Shown: positions 1 to 10,106 of the stretch, in pieces
Numbering within the stretch: the first letter of the stretch is position 1
How the letters are laid out: each line of letters begins with the position of its first letter
Assembly: GCA_018693105.1 (NCBI GenBank)
Contig: JABHLN010000004.1
Location: 2,327 to 66,326, forward strand
Reading direction: 5' to 3'
DNA from: Desulfobacterales bacterium
GTDB taxonomy: Bacteria > Desulfobacterota > Desulfobacteria > Desulfobacterales > SURF-7
DNA length: 64,000 nucleotides
Made by a program: the position numbers and the translations under genes
The notes under the pieces: generated by a model
The model's database searches: none
What the model was told of the DNA's origin: nothing
The model's input: only the letters and a program-made list of their open reading frames with translations

Positions 1-1266
1 CTGTATAAAATTTTTAATGTTGTTTTTTAAAATCTCCCCGCCCCATCTGCCTTGCATCCATGGCATGGGTAAACTGATAATAACCATATCAATAGTGGAG
101 TCATTCATAAACAAATCAAATGCTCGATTGAAGGTTTCCGGATCGGTAAGCATACTTGGAACATCCATTGGGTTGGTTATAATTTGATTTACTGATGAAA
201 CAAATTGAGAAAGCTCTTCACCTGTTTCCAATGACAAGGCCGGGACTTCAAGACCTTCCCTTGTACAAATATCACCATTAGAAACTGTACTGCCTCCTCC
301 TGCTCCCAGTACAACAGCACGTTTTCCGTTTATAGATTGAAGGTTCTGGAAGACCATTGCGGCTTCTCCCATTTCCTGTAATGTTTCAACTTTTACTGCT
401 CCTGTCTGCTTGAAAAAACCGTTCCAAATTTCTCTGTCGCCTGCCATGGAACCGGTATGCGATGCGACTGCCCTGGCCCCTGAACCTGTCAGACCGCCTT
501 TCCACATAATAACAGGTTTTAGAGTATTTACTTCTTTTACAAGTTCGATCAACCTCCTGCCGTCTTTTATACCTTCGATATACATGCAAATGATCTTTGT
601 TTTATCATCATCGGCAAGATATTCCAGGAAGTCAGCGGCGTCCAGCATTATGCCGTTGCCGTAACTGATTACTTTGCTGAATCCAATTCCGAGTTCAGGG
701 CTGTTTTCGAAAAATATGTGTGCCAGCCCCCCGCTTTGTGTTAGAAAGGCCACAGATCCATCTTTAAATGATTTCAGATCATAATACATCTTTATATTTG
801 CAGACGGGATATTGATTCCCATACTGTTGGGTCCAATTACCATTAAGTTGGATTTCATGGATTTTTCAAGTATCTGATCTTCAAGTAATTTACCTTCGGC
901 CTCACCGGTTTCACTAAAACCGGAAGAACAGATATGTGCGTAGAAGGCACCTGCTTCCACACAATCTTCGATTATCTGCGGGACAATCGGAGCAGGTACT
1001 GTGATAATGACCAGGTCCGGGCTTTCAGGGATTGCTTTTACACTTGGATATGCTTTTACACCTTCTATTTCATCTGCTTTCGGATTAACCGGATACAATC
1101 GTCCTTTAAATCCTGTATCCCGTAATGATCGAAACATTTGCAGCCCTGTGTAGCCGGGGATATTGGTATTATCATTTCTTGATATTCCTACTATGGCTAT
1201 AGACTCGGGAGGAAATTTTTCTCCGAATTTGTATTTGCGAGTAATTTCTTTGTTTCCATTTTTCAT
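1..1266 (-). CDS. ADP-forming acyl-CoA synthetase-like protein (CoA-binding plus succinyl-CoA-synthetase-like ligase domains); C-terminus lies outside the window
   Basis: Absent from the ORF track because it has no stop in the window. My minus-strand translation from ATG (1266-1264) reads MKNGNKEITRKYKFGEKFPPESIAIVGISRNDNTNIPGY..RLYPVNPKADEIEGVKAYPSV..DLVIITVPA..MVIGPNSMGI..VAFLTQSGG..ASHTGSMAG and stays open to base 1. A purine-rich AAGGGA lies upstream. Confidence 0.75.
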   Translation of the reverse strand, partial: MKNGNKEITRKYKFGEKFPPESIAIVGISRNDNTNIPGYTGLQMFRSLRDTGFKGRLYPVNPKADEIEGVKAYPSVKAIPESPDLVIITVPAPIVPQIIEDCVEAGAFYAHICSSGFSETGEAEGKLLEDQILEKSMKSNLMVIGPNSMGINIPSANIKMYYDLKSFKDGSVAFLTQSGGLAHIFFENSPELGIGFSKVISYGNGIMLDAADFLEYLADDDKTKIICMYIEGIKDGRRLIELVKEVNTLKPVIMWKGGLTGSGARAVASHTGSMAGDREIWNGFFKQTGAVKVETLQEMGEAAMVFQNLQSINGKRAVVLGAGGGSTVSNGDICTREGLEVPALSLETGEELSQFVSSVNQIITNPMDVPSMLTDPETFNRAFDLFMNDSTIDMVIISLPMPWMQGRWGGEILKNNIKNFIQ

Positions 1267-1312
1267 TATTGCTTTTCCCTTGATGCTTTATCTATCCATA
1301 GACTTTTATTTT

Positions 1313-2257
1313 TTATTTCACAGACAGCCAGTATGCTCCTCCTATATAAATAAAAAAGGATAGAAAGAAAATCAGGCCTTCTGTTCTACTCAGCTTATGT
1401 CCTGATTTCAGGAATAAAAGAAGCAAAACTGTGAGGGTAAGCATAAAAGGAAATTCAAACCTGTTTAAACCCGCATCAATATTTATGGGTGACAACAGGC
1501 CGACTGTACCCATGACAAGGCAGATATTAAAAAGGTTGCTGCCGACAATATTACCGACCGACAGATCGCTTTCCTTCTTTTTTGCAGCAACAACAGAGGT
1601 TGCAAGTTCAGGAAGAGATGTCCCTATAGCAACGATTGAAAGTCCTATGAAAAGTTCACTAAAACCAAAAGTCCTTGCTATAAAAATAGCAGATTTAACA
1701 ATATAATCAGCGCCAATTGCAAGGCATGTAAGTCCAATTACTATAAGGGAAATATATACAAGGTAATCCCTGTATGAAGTTATTTCAGGTTTATCAAAAT
1801 TGTTATTGTTATCTTTTGCCGTAAATATGCCGTATATTATGAAAGCACATAAAAGGACTAAAAGTATGATTCCGTCAGTTCTTCCAATGTTTCCATCAAG
1901 GCACATAAACCAGAATATAAAAGTAACGACAACCATATAAGGCAATTCTCTTTTTACCAGATTGCTATCTACGGTCATGGGCTTAATAAGGGCGCATGAA
2001 CCAAGAACCAGGGAAATATTAATTATATTACTTCCAATTATGTTACCCACGGAAACTCCGCTTGACCCTTTGGCGGCAGCAACAAGACTGACAAGAAGTT
2101 CAGGCGCCGAAGTTGCAAACGCTACAATAGTTAATCCTACGATTATAGGTCTTATAGAAAAAGAAAGGGCAAGCGATGACGATCCTTTAATCATCCACTC
2201 AGAGCCTAAATATAGAAGAATCAGGCCTATTATAAGCGTAATACAATTTGCGGTCAT
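1313..2257 (-). CDS. Ca2+/Na+ antiporter, CaCA family (YrbG-like)
   Basis: 314 aa polytopic membrane protein with the two CaCA alpha-repeat signatures: GNIIGSNIINI and GNIVGSNLFNI. Confidence 0.85.
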   Translation of the reverse strand: MTANCITLIIGLILLYLGSEWMIKGSSSLALSFSIRPIIVGLTIVAFATSAPELLVSLVAAAKGSSGVSVGNIIGSNIINISLVLGSCALIKPMTVDSNLVKRELPYMVVVTFIFWFMCLDGNIGRTDGIILLVLLCAFIIYGIFTAKDNNNNFDKPEITSYRDYLVYISLIVIGLTCLAIGADYIVKSAIFIARTFGFSELFIGLSIVAIGTSLPELATSVVAAKKKESDLSVGNIVGSNLFNICLVMGTVGLLSPINIDAGLNRFEFPFMLTLTVLLLLFLKSGHKLSRTEGLIFFLSFFIYIGGAYWLSVK

Positions 2258-2370
2258 ATGTTATCCTATACCAATTAGTATCTATAATAAAAAACAATAT
2301 TATCTTATCCAACAGATTCCATCAGGTAATACTCATTATGTCAGGATGTGTAAAGAATATTATTCATATT

Positions 2371-2512
2371 GAGACCTTTGCATAACGTCCCTTTTTGTCC
2401 AATTTCTTCGTCATGCTCAAATTTTAATCCTCGAAATACTCAATGTATTCCTCTGGTTAAAATTTTCGCCTTCCTTGAACTTGAATAAAAATTGACGTTT
2501 TTCAAAGGTCTC
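2371..2512 (+). mobile_element. Family D/F long-hairpin MITE-like element, copy D1
   Basis: 142 bp imperfect palindrome, GAGACCTTTG...CAAAGGTCTC, with apex AATAC-TCAAT-GTATT. Flanked by direct ATATT at 2366-2370 and 2513-2517. The core aligns with the copies at 8978 and 10107. Confidence 0.8.
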
Positions 2513-2565
2513 ATATTACAATTGCTTTTTTGAGTGAGGAATATATTCACCACGGGTGAGCTTTA

Positions 2566-4188
2566 TTATAATTTGCCTGAAAACAGAGTGTCCAGATAGA
2601 ACTTTGTTATAGGATCATTCTTGTCGAAGTTGTGATTATTCTTATTATTCTTTTCAGATATTTCATTTCTTATATCTGTGGCGAGAACTTTACCAAGTTC
2701 GACTCCGAACTGATCAAAAGGATTAATTCCCCAGATAAAGGCCTCAAAGACGGTTCTTGCCTCGTAGAAGGAAAGAAGACGGCCGATATTGGCTGGTGAA
2801 AGATCTTCTATGAGAATTGTTGAAGAAGGGCGATTACCTGAAAAATATTTTGCTTTTTTTGGGTCGTCTTTTCCTATGGCAAGAGCCGAAGGCTGTGAGA
2901 TAAGGTTTGCCCAGAGTTCCTGGTGATTTGTTACCCCTTTTGATTTACTTTTATATTCTTTATATTGCGGGTTGACGACTCCGATAAAGTCAATAGGGAA
3001 ACTTCGCCCCTGGTGTGCAAGCTGGAAAAATGAATGCTGTGCATTTGTTCCCGGTTCTCCGAATATTATTAAACCGGAACTTACATCAAGCTCTTCCCCC
3101 GTCTTTGTTACCGATTTCCCGTTGCTTTCCATATAAAGCTGCTGAACATGGGGTGCAAGTTTAGAAAGGGGTGTGGCATAGGGAATTATACCCTGTGCCT
3201 GATAACCAAGAAAATTATTGTTCCATATACTTATAAGTGCAGCTATAAGAGGTAAGTTCTGTTCAGGTGGTGAATTATTTGCATGAAGGTCCATCTCTTC
3301 TGCCCCTTTAAGGAACTCTTCAAAATTTTCATATCCAATATAAAGGCTCAGAGGAACTCCGCCTACTGCAGAGGTTACACTATACCTTCCTCCGATATAA
3401 TCAAACATATGGAATGTTTCGAGTACAGGGCTTGCAGGATCGTCACCAGGGCTGTTCTTACTTGTAACGGTTACAAAATGTTTAGAAGGATCTAAACCTT
3501 TTCCTTCCATGAAAACAGTTGCCTGCTTTACATTTGCCATTGTTTCAGCAGTAGTATAGGTTTTTGATATTACAACCCAAAGTGTTGTTTCAGGTTCAAT
3601 TTCCGTAATGATAGCCCCGAAATTGTGAATATCAACATTTGCTAAAAAATGAATCTTTATGTTTCTGTCTGCATTAGCTTTCAATGAATGGGCAACAAAC
3701 TCAGAACCAAGGTAAGACCCGCCTATACCGATTACAACGATATGTTTAAACCGTTTACCTGTTGATCCTGTGATTTCACCTGAATGGACTTTTGTTGCAA
3801 ATGTTTTAATTTTATTTCTTACTTCACGTGTTTCAAGCATTATATTGATATCATCAACAATAATGGAGTCAGATGAAAAACTCCTTGTAGCTGTATGAAG
3901 TGCAGCCCTGTTTTCAGTATTATTTACTTTTTCTCCTTTTGTCATTGCATTAAATAATTCTATAGCTTTTCTATTTTCAGCAAGTTCAAACAAAAGGTCC
4001 ATTGTCATTTTGTTAACTCTATGTCGTGAATAATCAAAAAAAATATTGCTGCCTTTATTTGAAAAATTATTCAATCTTTTATTGTCTTTTAATAAATTTT
4101 TCAGGTGCATTTCAGGCTGATGCATCATATCTGCATGATGGGTCAGTTTTTTCCAGACAGGAAATTTAGTAAGTTTTTGATTATTCAT
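2566..4188 (-). CDS. pgi: glucose-6-phosphate isomerase
   Basis: PGI family throughout (e.g. GIGGSYLG, FGEPGTNAQHSF). I moved the start to M22 (MNNQKL), which follows a GAGGAGG RBS. The upstream 21 codons overlap a repeat fragment. Confidence 0.9.
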   Translation of the reverse strand: MNNQKLTKFPVWKKLTHHADMMHQPEMHLKNLLKDNKRLNNFSNKGSNIFFDYSRHRVNKMTMDLLFELAENRKAIELFNAMTKGEKVNNTENRAALHTATRSFSSDSIIVDDINIMLETREVRNKIKTFATKVHSGEITGSTGKRFKHIVVIGIGGSYLGSEFVAHSLKANADRNIKIHFLANVDIHNFGAIITEIEPETTLWVVISKTYTTAETMANVKQATVFMEGKGLDPSKHFVTVTSKNSPGDDPASPVLETFHMFDYIGGRYSVTSAVGGVPLSLYIGYENFEEFLKGAEEMDLHANNSPPEQNLPLIAALISIWNNNFLGYQAQGIIPYATPLSKLAPHVQQLYMESNGKSVTKTGEELDVSSGLIIFGEPGTNAQHSFFQLAHQGRSFPIDFIGVVNPQYKEYKSKSKGVTNHQELWANLISQPSALAIGKDDPKKAKYFSGNRPSSTILIEDLSPANIGRLLSFYEARTVFEAFIWGINPFDQFGVELGKVLATDIRNEISEKNNKNNHNFDKNDPITKFYLDTLFSGKL

Positions 4189-4232
4189 TTGATCCTCCTC
4201 TGTGAATATAAACAATTTAAAAGAGGTATATA

Positions 4233-4280
4233 AAGATTTTTTCTTTGCCACCCCAAGTTGACTTTTTTACGAGTTCATCA
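4233..4280 (+). repeat. Family B right-end fragment
   Basis: aagattttttctttgccaccccaagttgacttttttacgagttcatca matches the right arm and terminus of the B copies at 51092 and 49108. Confidence 0.7.
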
Positions 4281-4370
4281 AAGTTGAAAAGGCGGGGCAA
4301 AGCTTGTAAGGAATTGAGAATGTTTGTGACGATATAGTAATTATATGGGGAGGTCAAGCTATAGAAGCTA

Positions 4371-4697
4371 TTAATCCAATACTTTTCCGCTTCGGGCACG
4401 GTCTATTGATTCATCGAGAGTGGAACCCAGATCTACTCCCAGTTCTTTGGTCCTTTTCTTTGCCCAAAGACCTACATTCCTGGGATCGCCATTCAGACCT
4501 TCATCCGCATGACCCTGAGTGTTGAAATTATTAAGACGCTGAGATTCTGTTTTATGTGCAGTGCATCTTGAAATGATACGCTTAATACCATTTTCCCCGC
4601 AATGCTCACAACATACCAATGCTTCCTCTTCAGGTTTAAGGATAAGTGATGAAGTTATTTTATCACATGCCATGCATTCATATTCATAGATAGGCAT
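4371..4697 (-). CDS. FmdB-family zinc-ribbon protein
   Basis: Begins MPIYEYEC.AC, the typical FmdB N-terminus, with a second CxxC (CCEHCG). 108 aa. Confidence 0.7.
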   Translation of the reverse strand: MPIYEYECMACDKITSSLILKPEEEALVCCEHCGENGIKRIISRCTAHKTESQRLNNFNTQGHADEGLNGDPRNVGLWAKKRTKELGVDLGSTLDESIDRARSGKVLD

Positions 4698-4771
4698 ATT
4701 TAATTCCCGTACTGTATTGAACGTAAATGTTTAAGAATCAGATTAATGGGAAAATCTGATTGATACGTCTT

Positions 4772-4923
4772 TATGACTGGTAAGAAGTATAATCGATGGC
4801 TAAGTAACAATCTTTATATACAAGGCTCAGTGTTTGGCCAGACGTGAAGGCATACATGTAGTATGTCGAACGTTTGGCCAAACACTATAACGTAGTATAT
4901 GGAGACTTTTTACGACCCCATCA
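4772..4923 (-). mobile_element. Family A long-hairpin MITE-like element, full length, reverse orientation
   Basis: The reverse complement reads TGATGGGGTCGTAAAAAGTCTCCATATACTACGTTATAGTGTTTGGCCAAACGTTCGACATACTACATGTATGCC... Its terminal TGA (4921-4923) is the thiolase stop codon. Confidence 0.9.
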
Positions 4924-6162
4924 GGCTTTTAGTATTGTCACTGCAAGCGCAGCTTCCGTGTTGCTCACAGTTCCACCTGCATTTTCAGCAATTCCAATCT
5001 TTGCACCTTCTACCTGTCTTTCACCTGCAGCACCTGTAAGATGCATGTAAAGTTCAACTACCTGGCGCGCTCCTGTTGCTCCTATGGGATGTCCCTGGCA
5101 TTCAAGTCCTCCGGAAACGTTAACAGGTATTTTACCACCAAGTGTTGTATGACCTGCTTCGGTAAATGGTCCGCCTTCTCCTACCGGGCAGAGAAGAAGG
5201 TCTTCAATGGCAACGATTTCACCCAAAGCGGTTGCATCATGAACTTCGGCCAGATCAACATCTTCCGGGCCTATTCCGGCTCTTTCATATGCTTTTTTTG
5301 CAAGTTTGGTCATGGTGGGCTCTTCACCTTCTTTTCTCTCCTGACCACTTGCGACGCAACATGCTGATAACTCAACAGACTTGGATACTCCATTTTTTTT
5401 AGCAAAATCTTCAGAACAGATTATAACAGCAGCTGCACCGTCACCTATAGGAGAGCACATGAGGCGTGTCATAGGTCCTGAAACCACAGGAGATGCAAGC
5501 ACCTCATCAATAGTATAGCTATCCTGATATTGAGCTTTGGGGTTCATTGTTGAGTGGTAATGGTTTTTTGAAGCAACGGCGGCGAATTGTCTCTGTGTTG
5601 TTCCGTACTTTTCCATGTGCATCATTGCAGCAGATGCATATACATCCATGAATATTGTAGGCGTACCGGACTTCTGGGTGCTTGTAGCTTCCGATGTTTG
5701 GGTTTTTTCATGTTCCGCTTTCTGCTTTGCAAAGTTTTCAAGGAATAATTTTACCTCTTCTACATCCATGCAGCCTGTAAAAACGGGAAGTACTTTGCTT
5801 CGATCAGCAAAATACATTTTTTCCATACCGACAACCAGGGCAACATCCATTTCGCCAAGGGCAACCTGAGCCCAGGCTCCGTTTAATGCAAAAGCAGATG
5901 ATGAACATGCATTTTCAACATTTATTATAGGAATTCCGCCGATTCCCATGTTTCTCAAGACAGCCTGTCCGCGTATTGCATACTGTCCTTCAAGACAACC
6001 CTGGCCGACATTTCCCACCCATGCACCATTGAGATGTTCCTTAGTTATATCCGCATCATTTAATGCATCCGTTACAGCTTCTTTTACAAGGGATTTCAGG
6101 TTACGATCCATGTGCCGACCGAATTTTGTCATACCGCAACCGATTATTTTAACCTTACGCAT
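4921..6162 (-). CDS. thiolase-family protein (SCP-x / non-specific lipid-transfer-type acetyl-CoA C-acyltransferase)
   Basis: 413 aa. N-terminus is MRKVKIIGCGMTKFGRH, the active-site region is NACSSSAFAL, and the C-terminal region contains GGLECQGHPIGATG. AGGAGA RBS. Confidence 0.85.
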   Translation of the reverse strand: MRKVKIIGCGMTKFGRHMDRNLKSLVKEAVTDALNDADITKEHLNGAWVGNVGQGCLEGQYAIRGQAVLRNMGIGGIPIINVENACSSSAFALNGAWAQVALGEMDVALVVGMEKMYFADRSKVLPVFTGCMDVEEVKLFLENFAKQKAEHEKTQTSEATSTQKSGTPTIFMDVYASAAMMHMEKYGTTQRQFAAVASKNHYHSTMNPKAQYQDSYTIDEVLASPVVSGPMTRLMCSPIGDGAAAVIICSEDFAKKNGVSKSVELSACCVASGQERKEGEEPTMTKLAKKAYERAGIGPEDVDLAEVHDATALGEIVAIEDLLLCPVGEGGPFTEAGHTTLGGKIPVNVSGGLECQGHPIGATGARQVVELYMHLTGAAGERQVEGAKIGIAENAGGTVSNTEAALAVTILKA

Positions 6163-6192
6163 TATTTAATTTCTCCTTTGAGATGTTATTTT

Positions 6193-6335
6193 TGATGGCT
6201 TCGTAAAAAATATCCATCAACTGCGTTATAGTGTTTGGCCAGACGTTCGGCATACTATTTGTATGCCTTCACGCCCGGCCAAACATTATGCTTTACATAT
6301 TTAAGATGTTTACTTATAAAACATTTTTTATCTTA
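6193..6335 (+). mobile_element. Family A element, full-length left and core, degenerate right terminus
   Basis: TGATGGCTTCGTAAAAAATATCCATCAACTGCGTTATAGTGTTTGGCCAGACGTTCGGCATACTATTTGTATGCCTTCACGCCCGGCCAAACATTATGC... Similarity decays after TACTTA. It lies between two co-directional genes. Confidence 0.85.
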
Positions 6336-6343
6336 AATTTAAA

Positions 6344-8662
6344 CTATTCTTCAATTTCAGGTCCACTTCCACCTTCACGGAACCATGTTACAGGTCTGAA
6401 CTCACGGGGAACCATACCTTCCTGTTTGAATTTAGGATATCCAAGAACCATTGCATTACTGATTTTCCAGGGTTCACTTAAACCTAGTTTTTCTTTGATT
6501 TCCGGTGAGTTTTCCAATACCGCAATAAATCCCACCCAGCAGGATCCAAGACCGAGTGATTTTGCAACAAGTGTCATGTTTTGTCCACATATACCTATTT
6601 GTAAATCAGGCCCGGCTATTGACCTTGTATCAGCAGCCATTAAAATAATAGCCGGTGCATTCATTAATACCGGAAGATCACCGTTAGCTATACAGCCTAC
6701 ACCGCCTACTGCCACTCTCGGGTCCCAGTTTCCAACACTAGGATCAGCTTCATAGACAGGTATTAGTGCTTTTACAAGTGTATCGTTCGAATACGCAGCG
6801 TTTAACATGCCGACTTGAGCTACGGTTGCTTCCTGAAGTTCGTTAATAATCGATTTGTCTGTTATAGCGATAAATTTCCAAGGCTGGCAGTTCCCGGAAC
6901 TTGGTGCGAATCGCCCGGCTTCCATTACTCTTCTGATAAGAGGCTCGGGTACCGGATCATCTTTGTAGTTTCTTATACTTCTTCGTTCAAGAACAGTCTT
7001 TTCAATAATATTCCATTCTGCAGGATTCCCTTCTGCGTCTTTAGGTTCAAGAGGCATTTTAGCAGGGAGAGGATGGGGAGATGTTGCAAATGGTCCATCT
7101 GTAGCATGATAGGATGATACAATGGAAATCGCGTCAGTAGGACATGCTACCATGCAGTTATAGCAACTGAAGCATGCATAACCTTCTTTTAAAACAGGTG
7201 TTTTGTCTTCACTCTCTTCCCAGCATTTGAATGGGCAGTTCAGTATGCAAAGACCGCATTGGGTACATTTTTCGGCATCGCATTTCATAACTCCCATTTT
7301 TATACTATCACCAGGCCTGAAAACAGGTTCTACATCTTCCCATGTCATACCGCCCTCTACAGTAGCTGCAGGGGCAGCAGCCTGAACATTTTCAGCCTTT
7401 ATGTTCAGTATTCCACTGCCTTTTACCAGGTGTGTAGACCCTTCAATCATAAGTGATTCGTTTACACCATCTTCAATAAGACCTAATCTTGCATCGCGGA
7501 ATACCTGTTCGATGTGAAATTCTTTTGAAAGTCCGGGGCTGCCGAATATCTGAACAGCCTGACTTGCTACCCTGAATGCAACCTCTGTACAAAAAGTTTT
7601 TGCTGCAATACCATAATGTGTAGCTATCGGTCTTCCCTGCTTGATTTGCATACTATTATAAACAAGAACCCGACGGCCCAGGGAACGGGCAGCTTCTACT
7701 GAGGCAAACATGTCATAAAGTTTCAATTTGATGTTCTGATGTTCTATAATCGGTTTTCCACCCTGTACCCTGTTTTTTGCATAATCAAGGGCTTCTTCAA
7801 AAGCCGCCTGTGCTAAACCGGTAAAAAATATACCCACGCCGCCGTTAGCTGATCCAAGTTGTGTGTTTGAAAGTTGCCTAAACATTACTGGATCATCGGC
7901 TATCATCATGTATTTTGGAATACGAACATTGTCAAAATAGATTTCACCCTGATTCAATGATCTTTGTCCCATTTTAACAAGCGGTTTCCCTCTTGTAACA
8001 CCGGGAAGATCAAGAGGCATTACCACTATTCCTCCGCCTTGATTTCCCTTGGAAGGATCTAGTGAAACCCATATTACACCATGTGTTGCTATGGTTCCGT
8101 TGCTGACCCATGCGGCTTTCTGACCGTTAATAATATATGAATCTCCATCTGCAACTGCTGTAACTCCATATGCACATTTGGGATTTGTGGCGACTTCGCC
8201 TTCGAAAAATAATGAATCACCGCCATGGTCAGGCTCTGTTATACCCCAGCATCCGATCATTTTACCTTCTTTGTCGGCACAGAATTGTTTAACCAATTCC
8301 TGCATTTCCGGGGCAGGAGACATCATTGCATATAAATAGGGCTGGGAACTGGCAAGTATAGATGTTGAAAGACCAACATCGGCCCAGCCAAACTGTTCAA
8401 GGAGGATTGCCATTGTTAAAGGATCATCAATACCAAGACCTCCGAAATCTTCAGGGATGTTCATGATGGTATAATCCATTGCAATGGATTTTTTAAATGC
8501 ATCCCACAAAGGAGAATTATCAGCAATTACATCCTCCGGAGTGGCAAATTTGTCAAGCTCAACGCCAATAGGCCGTATTACTTCCGAGACAAATTTTCTG
8601 GTTTCTTTCCAGAAAGAAAAGTGTTCCTTGGTAAAATCAATGTTAAGTTCTCTTAATCCCAT
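6344..8662 (-). CDS. fusion protein: acyl-CoA dehydrogenase domain + 2x[4Fe-4S] ferredoxin domain + nitroreductase (FMN) domain
   Basis: 772 aa. Residues ~1-415 are ACAD-like (GCWGITEPDHGGD, IFGSPGLSKEFHIEQVFRDARL). The middle carries CTQCGLCILNCP and CFSCYNCMVACP. The C-terminus is nitroreductase-like (RRSIRNYKDDPVP, PSSGNCQPWKF). GGAGGG RBS. Confidence 0.85.
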   Translation of the reverse strand: MGLRELNIDFTKEHFSFWKETRKFVSEVIRPIGVELDKFATPEDVIADNSPLWDAFKKSIAMDYTIMNIPEDFGGLGIDDPLTMAILLEQFGWADVGLSTSILASSQPYLYAMMSPAPEMQELVKQFCADKEGKMIGCWGITEPDHGGDSLFFEGEVATNPKCAYGVTAVADGDSYIINGQKAAWVSNGTIATHGVIWVSLDPSKGNQGGGIVVMPLDLPGVTRGKPLVKMGQRSLNQGEIYFDNVRIPKYMMIADDPVMFRQLSNTQLGSANGGVGIFFTGLAQAAFEEALDYAKNRVQGGKPIIEHQNIKLKLYDMFASVEAARSLGRRVLVYNSMQIKQGRPIATHYGIAAKTFCTEVAFRVASQAVQIFGSPGLSKEFHIEQVFRDARLGLIEDGVNESLMIEGSTHLVKGSGILNIKAENVQAAAPAATVEGGMTWEDVEPVFRPGDSIKMGVMKCDAEKCTQCGLCILNCPFKCWEESEDKTPVLKEGYACFSCYNCMVACPTDAISIVSSYHATDGPFATSPHPLPAKMPLEPKDAEGNPAEWNIIEKTVLERRSIRNYKDDPVPEPLIRRVMEAGRFAPSSGNCQPWKFIAITDKSIINELQEATVAQVGMLNAAYSNDTLVKALIPVYEADPSVGNWDPRVAVGGVGCIANGDLPVLMNAPAIILMAADTRSIAGPDLQIGICGQNMTLVAKSLGLGSCWVGFIAVLENSPEIKEKLGLSEPWKISNAMVLGYPKFKQEGMVPREFRPVTWFREGGSGPEIEE

Positions 8663-8977
8663 TGTTACCCTCCTTGGAAATTTTTTTAGAAATCATAATG
8701 ATTAAAGTTATTAAACGGTAGTTTATGTGTGTTATATTAAATTTTGATGAATTATTATTTAATATTAAAGTTCACAATTTTATAAATTGGATCATTTTCT
8801 ATTAAGCCTATTTTAAATATTTATAATAAAAATAAATACCTTAAGCAGCTAACCGACTAACTGGATTGTTGACAGGTCAGCTGGTCGGTCATCAAGATTG
8901 ATAAGAAATCTTTATAAGAAAGTCAAGTCATTATTTTTATAAAAAACGGCTGATTATTATTATTGAATTGAGATTCG

Positions 8978-9123
8978 ATAGTGTTCATCCAGAAATGAGG
9001 ATTTTTGTTCAAGATCAAGACATGCGAAAAAAATAACCACAGGCTTATGTTTGATATTCCGAGGATTATTTTTTGAGCATAACGAAGATATTGGGAAGAA
9101 GACCATTTCAGGATGTGCACTAT
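8978..9123 (-). mobile_element. Family D/F element, copy F1
   Basis: Termini ATAGTGTTCATCCAGAAATG... and ...CATTTCAGGATGTGCACTAT are inverted. About 91% identical by hand count (10 mismatches over 117 bp) to the reverse complement of 10141-10256. Confidence 0.8.
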
Positions 9124-9273
9124 ATTAAGATGTTCTGATTTCACCTAATTTATATAAGAAAATATGAATAGTTGATTCAGAATTTGAGATGATTGTTTTT
9201 TACATGTTTCTATGCTAATTAGATAATAATAATATATCTTTTACAATAGAACGTATAAATATCAGAGCCTTTT

Positions 9274-9450
9274 ATGTTTTTAAGTATTAAGGAATCATAT
9301 AGAAAAGCAGTTTTTTATTTTATCAAGCGACCTTATTTTATATTTCTGATATTAATCGGGTTTATGCTTGAGTTTATTATCAATTTCCCTTTTATGTTAT
9401 TATTAGCTCTTGAAAAAGGAACTATAAGAGAAGAATCAGATTTAAAATAA
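9274..9450 (+). CDS. possible 58-aa small membrane protein
   Basis: Hand-found ORF below the track cutoff: MFLSIKESYRKAVFYFIKRPYFIFLILIGFMLEFIINFPFMLLLALEKGTIREESDLK. It has a hydrophobic core, no clear RBS and no recognisable family. Confidence 0.25.
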   Translation: MFLSIKESYRKAVFYFIKRPYFIFLILIGFMLEFIINFPFMLLLALEKGTIREESDLK

Positions 9451-9472
9451 CAGAGAATTAAGGAGTATTTGA

Positions 9473-10027
9473 ATGAAGTTTTTTTATCAGCTATTATTAA
9501 TACTTGCTATATCTATTTCAGGTACTGCATGGAGTGAACAGAATTTTGATGAAGCAGAAAAACTTTGGAAAAACAATAAACATGTTGAATCTATGGAGTT
9601 TTATCAGAAAGCGCTTGATTCAGGGAAACTTTCAAAAAAACAAATTGTAAGATCTCATTATAATAGAGGATTTGCAATTTTTAAGCTTATGTCCGAGGTT
9701 GATGGAGCTATTAAGGAGCTTGATGAGGTTCTTAAACTTGAGCCGGATAATGCTGATGCATACTGCCTTAGGGCAGATGCTTTGAGCATTGTTCAAAAAT
9801 ATAAAGAAGCTGTCCCGGACTGGAAGATGTCTCTTGAAATAAATCCTGATGATCCCATTACATACATTAACCGCAGCTATTATTTTGAAGAAAACGGAAA
9901 TATCGACAGGGCATTAGAAGATCTTGAAAATTATATTGAGCTTTTTGATGAATATACCCCTGTTGACATGAGAAGGCTTGAGATTCTAAAAGATATGCAG
10001 TCAAAGGGCATGAAAAAAAGATATTAG
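9473..10027 (+). CDS. secreted TPR-repeat protein
   Basis: Signal peptide MKFFYQLLLILAISISGTAWS and several TPR-like repeats (e.g. AYCLRADALSIVQKYKEAVPDWKMSLEINPDD). AAGGAG RBS. Confidence 0.75.
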   Translation: MKFFYQLLLILAISISGTAWSEQNFDEAEKLWKNNKHVESMEFYQKALDSGKLSKKQIVRSHYNRGFAIFKLMSEVDGAIKELDEVLKLEPDNADAYCLRADALSIVQKYKEAVPDWKMSLEINPDDPITYINRSYYFEENGNIDRALEDLENYIELFDEYTPVDMRRLEILKDMQSKGMKKRY

Positions 10028-10106
10028 CATTAACGGTTTTCATAAATATTTTCTTTCTTGAATATGATGAAAATATATTTTTATATGCTAATAGCAGGTG
10101 TTTAAT

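Noticed and set aside
4189-4251. N-terminal extensions of pgi (4189-4251). Similar cases are manA (13088-13117), the MglA-like gene (22398-22409), the ParB-like gene (25627-25686), the acyl-CoA ligase (39202-39213) and the TPR/SPOR gene (50882-50926).
   Set aside because: Internal starts have better RBS spacing or avoid overlap with upstream genes or repeats. These remain predictions only.
8663-8977. Repeated ACCGAC/GTCGGT motifs (about 8850-8895) upstream of the ACAD-fusion gene as a regulator site or sigma54 promoter
   Set aside because: There is no TGGCAC-N5-TTGC-like element. The half-sites are short and irregularly spaced, which is not enough to call.
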